From positions 1 through 59,457 of the IMG/VR virus record IMGVR_UViG_3300040808_001421: DNA of 59,457 nt; one strand, 5' to 3'. A program made the translations under genes and the position numbers. The stretch is from a virus. Its lineage: Duplodnaviria > Caudoviricetes. The notes beneath the pieces are model-generated. The model was not told where the DNA came from and did not search any database. It saw nothing but the letters and a program-made list of their open reading frames with translations. Below are positions 47,430 through 56,306 of this stretch, one piece after another (position 1 is the stretch's first letter; each line of letters begins with the position of its first letter).

Positions 47430-48548
47430 ATGAAGATTTGGTTAGTAGACTTAGAAAGTGTTGAAACACGTTACACAAGTGAGTGGAAGGTACACGTACC
47501 TAAAATACTTTCTAGTACTAGTGTATTTGATAACAATAAAGTAACTGTTGAAATTATTGACGGTGCTGATGATATTCCAGATGCTACTACACCAGGTGCT
47601 TTCTTAAACTTTGGTGGTACTAACATTTACAAGTCTACACAGATCGAAAAGATTTCTAGAGCCTTTACAAAAGGAAAAGTTAAATCTGGGGATCATATAC
47701 TATTCACAGACGCTTGGCATCCAGGTATTATTAACATCAAATACATGGCCGAATTGTTAGGTATTGATGTAATAACACATGGATTATGGCATGCGGGTAG
47801 TTATGATCCTGCAGATTTTTTAGGTAGACTAGTAGGTAATAAACCTTGGGTAAGACACGCAGAGAAAAGTTTCTTTGAATGCTTTAACCATAATTACTTT
47901 GCTAGTAATTTTCATATAGATATGTTTGCTAAAGAATTACTAGGCATTAGTAAAGAAGACACAGATAAACTATGTGAAAGTAAAAAAATTGTGCGTACAG
48001 GTTGGCCTATGGAATATACTGCTGACTCACTTGTTCCATTTAAAGGTATGCAGAAGAGAAACTTAATTTTGTTTCCTCACAGAGTTGCTCCAGAAAAACA
48101 ACCTGAAATTTTTAGAGATTTAAAAGAAACATTACAAGGCGACTATGAATTTGTCGTTTGTCAAGATCAAAGATTAAGCAAAGTCGAGTATCACAACTTA
48201 CTAGGCGAAAGTAAAATGATCTTTAGTGCTAACCTACAAGAAACATTAGGCATTAGTGCATATGAAGGTGCGATTGTAAATTCGTTTCCGCTTATGCCTG
48301 ATAGATTAAGTTATACAGAAATGTATGATGACTATTTCAAGTATCCAAGCGAATGGACTACAGACTGGGATAGTTATATTGCAAATAAAGATAAGTTAAT
48401 TGAAAAAATTCATTGGATTATGAATGACCATAAGAAACATTATGTAAATCTAGATCGGTTAGTTAAATTCTTAAGTGATGAATATTTTAGTTGCAGAAAA
48501 CTAAAGAATGTGTTACAATCATACAATGAAGAGACATCCACGTCTTAA
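47430..48548 (+). CDS. GT-B fold glycosyltransferase (GT4-like)
   Basis: LFPHRVAPEKQPEIF and QETLGISAYEG (E-x7-E) motifs. Confidence 0.8.
   Translation: MKIWLVDLESVETRYTSEWKVHVPKILSSTSVFDNNKVTVEIIDGADDIPDATTPGAFLNFGGTNIYKSTQIEKISRAFTKGKVKSGDHILFTDAWHPGIINIKYMAELLGIDVITHGLWHAGSYDPADFLGRLVGNKPWVRHAEKSFFECFNHNYFASNFHIDMFAKELLGISKEDTDKLCESKKIVRTGWPMEYTADSLVPFKGMQKRNLILFPHRVAPEKQPEIFRDLKETLQGDYEFVVCQDQRLSKVEYHNLLGESKMIFSANLQETLGISAYEGAIVNSFPLMPDRLSYTEMYDDYFKYPSEWTTDWDSYIANKDKLIEKIHWIMNDHKKHYVNLDRLVKFLSDEYFSCRKLKNVLQSYNEETSTS
48491..48519 (+). promoter_or_regulatory. possible promoter for folE
   Basis: TTGCAG-17-TACAAT with extended TG. Confidence 0.45.
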
Positions 48549-48562
48549 ACTCGGAGAAATAA

Positions 48563-49249
48563 ATGGAAAAAACAAGAGAAATTACAAAACGTTTGCAAGA
48601 AGCAAATAAACGCTATTGGGCAGGCGACAATATTAGTGACTTTATTAACGAAGGTGAAAAAGAACAACTAATTGAAGAAGCAACTGAAGCATTTGAAAAA
48701 GTATTAGATACACTAATTATCGATAGATTTACAGATCCTAATTCACAAGGTACAGCAAGACGTCTTGCAAAAATGTATTACAACGAACTAATGGCAGGAC
48801 GTTACGATACTATTCCTAATGCTACTGCTTTTCCTAATGAAGGAGAAGATGCATATACAGGTATGCTTGTAGTTCGTTCAGAACTAAAGAGTGTTTGTTC
48901 ACATCACCATCAGCCAGTAACAGGTGTTGCATATATTGGTGTTATTCCTAATGGCAAGGTTATTGGACTTAGCAAATACACACGTATCGCACAATGGTGT
49001 GCTAGACGTGGTACACTGCAAGAAGAACTTTGCAATGATATTGCAAGAGAAATTAGTAAGGCAACAGATGCAAAACATTTAGGTGTTTATATTCAGGCAA
49101 CACATGGTTGTTGCGAAAACAGAGGCATCATGGCACATAGCAGTCTTACACAAACAACTGTACTAAAAGGTTCATTTAAAGATGATCCAGCAACTAAAAA
49201 AGAGTTTATGGACAATATTAAACTACAACAGGAATTTGCTCCGAGGTAA
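48563..49249 (+). CDS. folE: GTP cyclohydrolase I
   Basis: TARRLAKMY, SVCSHHH, IGLSK, LQEE, HGCCENRG. Confidence 0.95.
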   Translation: MEKTREITKRLQEANKRYWAGDNISDFINEGEKEQLIEEATEAFEKVLDTLIIDRFTDPNSQGTARRLAKMYYNELMAGRYDTIPNATAFPNEGEDAYTGMLVVRSELKSVCSHHHQPVTGVAYIGVIPNGKVIGLSKYTRIAQWCARRGTLQEELCNDIAREISKATDAKHLGVYIQATHGCCENRGIMAHSSLTQTTVLKGSFKDDPATKKEFMDNIKLQQEFAPR

Positions 49250-49251
49250 TC

Positions 49252-49599
49252 ATGGGTGACGAAAATAAAGATTATACTATAACAATAGATGATCAAACTT
49301 ATACAACTTGCGGTCCTATTTCAACTAACACAGGTACAGTAACTATCGATTCAAGTTACAGCGGTCCTAGCACATTAACATACGATAGTAACATAAGTCC
49401 TACATTTAGTATTAGTGGTATAGATTCCAGTCCTGAATGGAGTTTTGGTGATATAGATGATTCATATACTAATGTAGATACAGAATTAGTTGAATCAAAT
49501 CCAACTTGCAAAGCATTATGGGAACAGTTTTTATACGTATATACTATGGTAAAAGCAGACAAGGAAAATAACGAGGAAAAAGATGACATTCCGTTTTAG
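49252..49599 (+). CDS. hypothetical acidic, Ser/Thr-rich protein ending in DDIPF
   Basis: GAGG SD; C-terminal EKDDIPF. Confidence 0.6.
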   Translation: MGDENKDYTITIDDQTYTTCGPISTNTGTVTIDSSYSGPSTLTYDSNISPTFSISGIDSSPEWSFGDIDDSYTNVDTELVESNPTCKALWEQFLYVYTMVKADKENNEEKDDIPF

Positions 49600-50053
49600 A
49601 TTTTTTAAATGGATCGGTGGATTCGATTTTTTAGATTGGTTAGACCTAATTGGTCGTAAACGTGTTATTATGGATCGCTATGAAAACGAACCTTATCTAA
49701 CACGTTATTATTTGTTTTTAAAAGATCGTAAACGTTTTCCGTTTAATGTATTCTTACATAAATTCCACAAAGGTGACTTAGATGATTTGCATGATCATCC
49801 GTGGCCTTATTTTACACTTATTCTAAAAGGCGGATATTGGGAAACTACTCCTAAAGGACGTTTTTGGAGGAAGCCTGGGCACTTTAGATTTAACGGTTCT
49901 AAAAGTCTACATAGGATTGAACTAGAGCCTGGCGTTACACCTTGGACACTGTTTATCCCAGGACCTAAAATGAGAGAATGGGGATTCATTAGAGATGGTG
50001 AATGGGTAGATAATGAAACTTACTTGAGAGAAAAATATGAACTCGAACATTGA
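49583..50053 (+). CDS. RmlC-like cupin protein
   Basis: LHDHPW..TLILKGGYWE...LHRIEL...WTLFIPG metal-binding cupin pattern. Confidence 0.7.
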   Translation: MTFRFRFFKWIGGFDFLDWLDLIGRKRVIMDRYENEPYLTRYYLFLKDRKRFPFNVFLHKFHKGDLDDLHDHPWPYFTLILKGGYWETTPKGRFWRKPGHFRFNGSKSLHRIELEPGVTPWTLFIPGPKMREWGFIRDGEWVDNETYLREKYELEH

Positions 50054-50336
50054 TATACAAAAGTTTAACGAACAACAAACACGAGACTGGTTGTATAATG
50101 TATTGCATAGTGGTAATGTAGTAGTAAAATTTAATAAACTTAACGGCGATGAACGTGTAATGACCTGCACACTTAAAGAAGATGTTGTTCCACCTGCAAC
50201 AAAAGAAGATCCTGCATCGCAGAAAAAAGTACGCAAAGTAAGTGAAAACGTTTGCGTGGTGTGGGACGTAAATGCAAAAGGCTGGCGCAGTTTCCGTTGG
50301 GATAAGATTACAGGGGTAGAAGTAGATGCAGATTAA
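50037..50336 (+). CDS. WYL_2/DUF2693-like SH3 beta-barrel protein
   Basis: VKFNKLNGDERVMTCTL...VWDV...GWRSFRWD. Confidence 0.75.
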   Translation: MNSNIDIQKFNEQQTRDWLYNVLHSGNVVVKFNKLNGDERVMTCTLKEDVVPPATKEDPASQKKVRKVSENVCVVWDVNAKGWRSFRWDKITGVEVDAD

Positions 50337-50877
50337 TAAAAAGTTTTACAGTTGGCATGATGTAGAAGTTATGTGTACCAATATCGTAAATCAGATGTAC
50401 ACAGACAACTGGCGTCCTGATTACATTGTAGGCATTACACGTGGAGGTAATGTACCTGCTACTATTATTTCAAACATGACTGGTATTCGTTGCGAAGCAT
50501 TAAAGGTAGCACTACGAGACGGTGACGAAAGTGAGTGTGAAGTAAATGCTTGGATGAGTGAAGATGCGTTTGGTTATGTATACGAAGACTCTGACAAAGT
50601 AACAGGTGGACCATTAGAAAAGAAAATTCTTATTGTAGATGATATTAACGATACAGGTGCTACATTTAACTGGATCAAAAAAGACTGGCAATCAAGTTGT
50701 TTGCCTAAAGATCCTAAATGGGAAAAAATTTGGGGCGGCAATGTTCGTTTCGCAGTATTAACAGAAAACTTATCAAGTGAATTTGACGGGGTGTCATATC
50801 ACTGTGATGAAGTAAACAAAGCCGAGGAAGATGTATGGTTAGTATATCCTTGGGAAAACGTAGGAACATATGGCTAA
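50326..50877 (+). CDS. purine phosphoribosyltransferase (Gpt/XPRT-like)
   Basis: IVGITRGG, ILIVDDINDTGAT PRPP-binding motif, WLVYPWE. Confidence 0.85.
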   Translation: MQINKKFYSWHDVEVMCTNIVNQMYTDNWRPDYIVGITRGGNVPATIISNMTGIRCEALKVALRDGDESECEVNAWMSEDAFGYVYEDSDKVTGGPLEKKILIVDDINDTGATFNWIKKDWQSSCLPKDPKWEKIWGGNVRFAVLTENLSSEFDGVSYHCDEVNKAEEDVWLVYPWENVGTYG

Positions 50878-51430
50878 AAAAGAACAACAACAACAGCAAG
50901 TACAAAACATAGACAGCAATGGCGTCTATCTTTTGATGGATCAAATAACATCTGCTTCGTGCAAAGATGCAATTAGATGGGTTATGAATCATAACCTTGC
51001 AGACAATCCTTTACCACAATTAACAATTATTATTAATTCACCGGGCGGTGATGTACATGCGGCATTTGCATTAATTGATGTAATGAAGTCAAGCAGTATA
51101 CCTATTAAAACCGTAGGACTTGGACTTATTGCAAGTTGTGGTTTTTTAATCTTTATTGCTGGACAAAAAGGCAAACGTATACTAACACCTAATACTTCTA
51201 TTCTATCACATCAATACAGTTGGGGTAGCAGAGGTAAAGAACACGAACTATATGCCCGTGTAAGAGAATTTGAACTAAGCACAGAACGTATGATTAATCA
51301 TTATAAAAAATGCTTAGGAATGACTGAAGCAAAGATTAAAGAAATTCTTCTTCCGCCACAAGACGTTTGGTTAAGTGCAGAAGAAGCGAAGAAGTTAAAA
51401 ATTTGCGATAAAATTGAGGAACTATATTAA
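50870..51430 (+). CDS. clpP: ClpP-family peptidase
   Basis: IINSPGG, IASCG (catalytic Ser), ILSHQ (His), DVWLSAEEA. Confidence 0.9.
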   Translation: MAKKEQQQQQVQNIDSNGVYLLMDQITSASCKDAIRWVMNHNLADNPLPQLTIIINSPGGDVHAAFALIDVMKSSSIPIKTVGLGLIASCGFLIFIAGQKGKRILTPNTSILSHQYSWGSRGKEHELYARVREFELSTERMINHYKKCLGMTEAKIKEILLPPQDVWLSAEEAKKLKICDKIEELY

Positions 51431-51540
51431 TGTATGATTATATTGCTGTACGCATTGCACAGGCTTTTATTATTACAGTTTTTGCTATGGGAATGATTAG
51501 TTTAAGTATTGATCTTTATACAGGAAAATTACCACTATGA
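51430..51540 (+). CDS. 36-aa single-TM peptide (not in ORF track)
   Basis: MYDYIAVRIAQAFIITVFAMGMISLSIDLYTGKLPL; TAATG and ATGA coupling at its ends; GAGGA SD. Confidence 0.55.
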   Translation: MYDYIAVRIAQAFIITVFAMGMISLSIDLYTGKLPL

Positions 51541-51938
51541 GAGACGACCTAATGGTACAACAACAGGTTGAAGACAGTTGGCAACACATGGTTGGTGTTA
51601 TCTGTTTAAATCAAGTTGACAGACGTCAAACTAAACCTGTGCTTAAAGAGTTTTTTGAACGTTGGCCTACTGCTGGTATTTTATTATATTCAACAGTAGA
51701 AGAAATTGCTGAAGTGTTGCAACCACTAGGTATGCAAAACGTTCGTGCTAAACGCATTTGGAAAATGAGTCAACAATGGCTAAGTTGGGACGGCCAGGAT
51801 GCTACTGAACTATGTGGTATCGGAAAATATGGATCAGACAGTTATAGAATCTTTTACAAGAATGATATTCCGCACGATGTACAAGATAAAGAACTTAAAA
51901 GATATATTACAGAGGAACTAACCCATGGCTACGCTTAA
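51537..51938 (+). CDS. minimal HhH-GPD DNA glycosylase, MBD4-like
   Basis: WQHMVGVICLNQ, PLGM..RAK.I, ELCGIGKYGSDSYRIF, QDKEL. Confidence 0.8.
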   Translation: MRDDLMVQQQVEDSWQHMVGVICLNQVDRRQTKPVLKEFFERWPTAGILLYSTVEEIAEVLQPLGMQNVRAKRIWKMSQQWLSWDGQDATELCGIGKYGSDSYRIFYKNDIPHDVQDKELKRYITEELTHGYA

Positions 51939-52659
51939 AGAACAACAACAAACACTAGATAATATTAAAGGTCCTAGATACTATCATATTCAATTATGGG
52001 GATACGGTGCTGAACACGCCTATGCTAGTATTTCAAAAGAAGCATATGACTTTTGGAAACCTATTGTAGATGAACATGGAGATAATGATCTATGTAACTA
52101 TTTGTTAAACGCAGGAGAAGGTACATTTGACTTTGAAAATATTGATAGTGTACCGCCAAAAGCAAACTTTTTAAGTGATGACGAAGAAGGCATTGGTGCT
52201 TGTAGTTCGTGGTACGAAATGCCTAACGAGTTTGAACATATTCATGCAGTTACTATTGATAATGCTCAAATAGAAGTAAACGAAGTAGACGGTTTAGAAT
52301 ATAGTAGTAAGCATATCGAAACAATAATTGAACATGAAAATGTTAATGACTGGGCCAGCAAGATCAGTGAAGAAACAGATTACGAAACTGAAATTCTTGA
52401 TAGTGTTGAAGATACATATCCTGACAAAGGCACATACATTGTACAAATGCTGTCTATGGAAAAAGGTACATTCTTTGATGGTATTGTTGAAACTGTAGGA
52501 GAGTTTGATCCTAAAAAACTTAAAATTCAATACAGTGAAACTACAAACGGAGAAGATGTAGTACGTAGTATTACTTACGAAGGCAATGACATAGATAATA
52601 ACGGAGGTGATACTAACGGTAAGGGTTACGCCGCCTCTGTTTGGATACAGGAGTACTAA
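51925..52659 (+). CDS. hypothetical highly acidic protein
   Basis: GAGGA SD; 244 aa. Confidence 0.7.
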   Translation: MATLKEQQQTLDNIKGPRYYHIQLWGYGAEHAYASISKEAYDFWKPIVDEHGDNDLCNYLLNAGEGTFDFENIDSVPPKANFLSDDEEGIGACSSWYEMPNEFEHIHAVTIDNAQIEVNEVDGLEYSSKHIETIIEHENVNDWASKISEETDYETEILDSVEDTYPDKGTYIVQMLSMEKGTFFDGIVETVGEFDPKKLKIQYSETTNGEDVVRSITYEGNDIDNNGGDTNGKGYAASVWIQEY

Positions 52660-53082
52660 ATGATCGATACCTTAGCAAAAGCACAAGAAGAAGGCAGAGC
52701 ACCGTGGACTAAAGTTACATACGATACACGAGATTATGTTGTTTATGAAGATATCTATCCAGTAACACTAGGGCATACACTTGTTGTACCAAAAGAAAAT
52801 ACACAAGAATGTATTTTAAAATGTTTCAAATTTGCTATGGAAATGGGTACAATGAATGTTGAAGCAGAAACTAACCCAATTACAGGATTTAATGTAGGAA
52901 TCAATATGGGTACTAGTGCAGGCCAAACTGTTATGTACCCACATGTCCATTTAATTTTCCGTAGAGACGGAGATATGGAAGAACCCGCAGGTGGTGTTAG
53001 GGGTGTTATACCAAATAAACAAAAGTATACCAAAAAAGACGTTACACAAATGGAAATGTTTGAAGAAAGTACTGGATGTTAA
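52660..53082 (+). CDS. HIT-family nucleotide hydrolase
   Basis: DIYPVTLGHTLVVPK, GFNVGIN.G.SAGQTV..PHVHLIFRR. Confidence 0.85.
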   Translation: MIDTLAKAQEEGRAPWTKVTYDTRDYVVYEDIYPVTLGHTLVVPKENTQECILKCFKFAMEMGTMNVEAETNPITGFNVGINMGTSAGQTVMYPHVHLIFRRDGDMEEPAGGVRGVIPNKQKYTKKDVTQMEMFEESTGC

Positions 53083-53085
53083 TGG

Positions 53086-53114
53086 TTGACAAAAACCTAA
53101 ATAAGCACTATAAT
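53086..53114 (+). promoter_or_regulatory. consensus sigma70 promoter for queE
   Basis: TTGACA-17-TATAAT. Confidence 0.85.
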
Positions 53115-53132
53115 ATATAATAGGAGTTGTAA

Positions 53133-54026
53133 ATGAAATTAAGATATAGTGAAGCATTTTATAGTGTTCAAGGTGAAGGACGTTTTGTTGGCGTACCTTC
53201 TGTTTTCTTGCGTACATTTGGTTGTAACTTTCGTTGTATGAACTTTGGTTTAGACAAGCACCCTAATAGAGCAGAAAAAGCAGAACAAGGTATTAAGTAT
53301 AATCCAGAAGTAAAAGCACTTCTTGATGATGGAATTTTAGACAAGGTAAATAAGTTCGAGGATTTGCCTATTGTTCACACAGGCTGTGATACGTATGCAA
53401 GTATATATCCTGAATTTAAAAAGTATATGAAAGACCATACAGTTGACGAAGTAGTTGATTATGTATTGAGTCTTACTCCACAAGGTAAGTGGACAATGGA
53501 TAATGGACAGGATGTTCATTTTATCTTAACAGGCGGTGAACCTCTGCTAGGGTGGCAAAGGTTATACATGGATCTATTTAAACACCCTAAAATGGGAGAT
53601 CTAAAAAATGTTACATTTGAAACAAATACAACGCAACCTCTTAGAGATGATTTCAGAGAGTGGCTCAACAACGAAAGATCATTTCATATCACTTGGTCGT
53701 GCAGTCCGAAACTTTCCGTTAGCGGAGAGCCTTGGGATACTGCTATCAAGCCTGATATTGCTAGGCAGTATTTTGATGTACCTAATAGTAGTATGTATTT
53801 CAAGTTTGTTGTGGCTACCGAAGAAGATGTGGATGAAGTTTCCAAAGCAGTTGAGGCGTACCGTAGCGAAGGAATCGATGTTCCGGTCTATGTTATGCCG
53901 CTTGGGGGTAGGTCGGAAGAATACAAACTCAACACTAGAGGAGTCGCAACATTGGCAATGGAGCGAGGTTGGCGCTATACACCCAGACTACACGTCGACA
54001 TCTTCGGAAACGCCTGGGGAACATAA
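53133..54026 (+). CDS. queE: 7-carboxy-7-deazaguanine synthase (radical SAM)
   Basis: EAFYSVQGEG, FLRTFGCNFRC...CDT, ILTGGEP, FETN, SPKL, RLHVD. Confidence 0.9.
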   Translation: MKLRYSEAFYSVQGEGRFVGVPSVFLRTFGCNFRCMNFGLDKHPNRAEKAEQGIKYNPEVKALLDDGILDKVNKFEDLPIVHTGCDTYASIYPEFKKYMKDHTVDEVVDYVLSLTPQGKWTMDNGQDVHFILTGGEPLLGWQRLYMDLFKHPKMGDLKNVTFETNTTQPLRDDFREWLNNERSFHITWSCSPKLSVSGEPWDTAIKPDIARQYFDVPNSSMYFKFVVATEEDVDEVSKAVEAYRSEGIDVPVYVMPLGGRSEEYKLNTRGVATLAMERGWRYTPRLHVDIFGNAWGT

Positions 54027-54068
54027 ACAAGAAACACTAGATGAAAAAGCAAGAAAGGCAGGACTATA

Positions 54069-54440
54069 ATGTTAGATAAACTTAAAAAAATGTTTAATAA
54101 AAATCATGTTCCTGCTTCTGTATCAAAAGAACCTGGAACTGATGCAAAAGCAGAGGCAACAAAAAAGAAAGAGCCATATGTAGCAGTTCTTAACGTAGAA
54201 ATGAAAGACAACAATCCACGTAACGGTTTCTTTGAACTTGACTGGAATGAGTACTTTATTAGAGAACTTAGACTAAACGGTTATCAAGGCGATAGCGAAG
54301 AAGAAATTGTTGACGGATGGTTTAAAGAATTGTGTGGTAATGTTGCACAAGAACAAGGTGTAGCAAGTCCAGAAACTAAGATGGGTGCTGGCTTTGTAAA
54401 CACAAAAGATATAGGAAACGGTAAGGCAGAGGTTAGTTAA
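54069..54440 (+). CDS. hypothetical protein
   Basis: AGGA SD; GFFELDWN. Confidence 0.7.
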   Translation: MLDKLKKMFNKNHVPASVSKEPGTDAKAEATKKKEPYVAVLNVEMKDNNPRNGFFELDWNEYFIRELRLNGYQGDSEEEIVDGWFKELCGNVAQEQGVASPETKMGAGFVNTKDIGNGKAEVS

Positions 54441-55114
54441 TGCTACAAGTTTGGAAAAGTATACACCCACTAAATGAATATGCTCCTACATGGAATATTC
54501 CTTTTTGGAATGCTGTATATCCTAAGCCTGAAGAAATTGATTTTATTAGAAACTGGCTAATTGATAATGAAGAAAAACTTATCAAGATGTTAAAGAAAGA
54601 TGGCGGCGGTGACGATGGTGGTACAGGACTAGGTGAAAACAGTCTTACTGCTCAGTACAGTGCATACAATCTTTTTCAAATTACACAGAATATTCCACAG
54701 TTTATGAATTTGTTAAACTGGATTAGAGAACAGTATATAGAATACATGAAATCTAATAGCACAACAATAAGAAATTTATATATGTATAGTTGGGCAAACG
54801 TAGTACACAAGGGACAACCTATTACGCAACACGGACATGGTGCTCAAAACTTTTCTTACCTAAGTGGTAATATACACTTTGACAACTATGACACTCAGAC
54901 TATATACTATTGTCCTGTAGATGAACAAGTTAAAGTAGGATTTGAAAATGTTAAGGGTGGACTTACATTCTTTCCTAGTTATGTATTGCACAGTGTACCA
55001 GAACACATGCAAGATAATAAAAGAGTAAGTGTAGCATTTGATCTATTTGATCATGGCTTTGCTCCGCAAGAAGATTTAGATAAAGCAATTCAACTCAAAA
55101 CAGTAGGATACTAA
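54440..55114 (+). CDS. putative 2OG-Fe(II) oxygenase
   Basis: WANV...HGH...LSG...FFPSYVLHSV...RVSVAF. Confidence 0.75.
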   Translation: MLQVWKSIHPLNEYAPTWNIPFWNAVYPKPEEIDFIRNWLIDNEEKLIKMLKKDGGGDDGGTGLGENSLTAQYSAYNLFQITQNIPQFMNLLNWIREQYIEYMKSNSTTIRNLYMYSWANVVHKGQPITQHGHGAQNFSYLSGNIHFDNYDTQTIYYCPVDEQVKVGFENVKGGLTFFPSYVLHSVPEHMQDNKRVSVAFDLFDHGFAPQEDLDKAIQLKTVGY

Positions 55115-55284
55115 TGACAAAAACAATTATAAAAAAGCAAAGTAGATATAAAAAAGAAGACTATCAAGTACTTGCTGATTGTATTCGAAGTGATCAATTA
55201 AGTGCAAAGCAGGTGCATGAAACTATGGTATACAATCCCGACTTTGCTAAATGGTATAAAATGAAATATTTGATGAGGAAATAA
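55114..55284 (+). CDS. 56-aa hypothetical protein (not in ORF track)
   Basis: MTKTIIKKQ...KYLMRK; TAATG coupling at both ends. Confidence 0.55.
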   Translation: MTKTIIKKQSRYKKEDYQVLADCIRSDQLSAKQVHETMVYNPDFAKWYKMKYLMRK

Positions 55285-56306
55285 TGACTTATATTCTTGT
55301 AGATACAGCAAACACATTTTTTCGTGCTAGACATGCAGTAAGAGGAGATGCTGATATTAAGATCGGTATGGCACTACATACTACATTTCAAAGCATTAGA
55401 AAAGCATGGAAAGACTTCGACGGCAGTCACGTAGTATTCTGCCTAGAAGGACGTAGTTGGCGCAAAGACTATTACGAACCATATAAACGTAATAGACAAG
55501 AAACTCGTGATGCACTTACTGTTGCACAACAAGAAGAAGAAACTGTGTTCTGGGAAACATTTGATGAGTTTACAGGATTTATTCGTAACAAAACAAATTG
55601 TACTGTATTACAACACAAACAACTTGAAGCAGATGATTTGATTGCAGGTTGGATTCAAGCACACCCTAATGACGATCATGTTATTATTTCAACTGATGGT
55701 GACTTTGCACAACTTATTGCACCTAACGTTAAACAGTATAATGGTGTTATGAAGACAACCATTACACACGAAGGTTACTTTGATGAAAAAGGTCAACATG
55801 TAATCGATAAGAAAACAAAACAAGCAAAGCCTGCACCTGATCCACAATGGTTATTATTTGAAAAATGTATGCGTGGTGATACAAGTGATAATGTGTTTAG
55901 TGCGTATCCAGGTGTTCGTAAGAAAGGCACTAAGAACAAAGTTGGTTTGCTAGAAGCATATGACGATAAAGATGCAAAAGGTTATAACTGGAATAATCTT
56001 ATGCTACAACGTTGGACAGATCATTTAGGAGAAGAACATCGTGTACTAGACGACTACACTCGTAATGTTACACTTTGTGACTTGACAGCACAACCTGATG
56101 ATATTAAAACTTTAATTGCTACAACTATTGCTGAAGCAATCGATGGTGCAAAAGATATTAAACAAGTTGGTGTGCGACTAGTACAGTTTGCTGGTTCATA
56201 CGAACTAAACAAAATAACAGAACAGGCTCAGTCATTCGCTGAACCTTTAAACGCAAGATACGGAGGAAAACATGCAACAACTATTAGCCAAGCAGTTAGT
56301 GCCTAA
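55284..56306 (+). CDS. rnh: T4 RNase H-like 5'-3' exonuclease (FEN family)
   Basis: ILVD, WRKDYY..YK.NR, EADDLIA, ISTDGDFAQL, GDTSDNV. Confidence 0.9.
   Translation: MTYILVDTANTFFRARHAVRGDADIKIGMALHTTFQSIRKAWKDFDGSHVVFCLEGRSWRKDYYEPYKRNRQETRDALTVAQQEEETVFWETFDEFTGFIRNKTNCTVLQHKQLEADDLIAGWIQAHPNDDHVIISTDGDFAQLIAPNVKQYNGVMKTTITHEGYFDEKGQHVIDKKTKQAKPAPDPQWLLFEKCMRGDTSDNVFSAYPGVRKKGTKNKVGLLEAYDDKDAKGYNWNNLMLQRWTDHLGEEHRVLDDYTRNVTLCDLTAQPDDIKTLIATTIAEAIDGAKDIKQVGVRLVQFAGSYELNKITEQAQSFAEPLNARYGGKHATTISQAVSA

Noticed and set aside
53608-54069. 153-aa alternate-frame ORF inside queE
   Set aside because: Almost wholly overlaps conserved QueE coding sequence, has no SD and no motif; a tiny real ORF at its 3' end cannot be excluded
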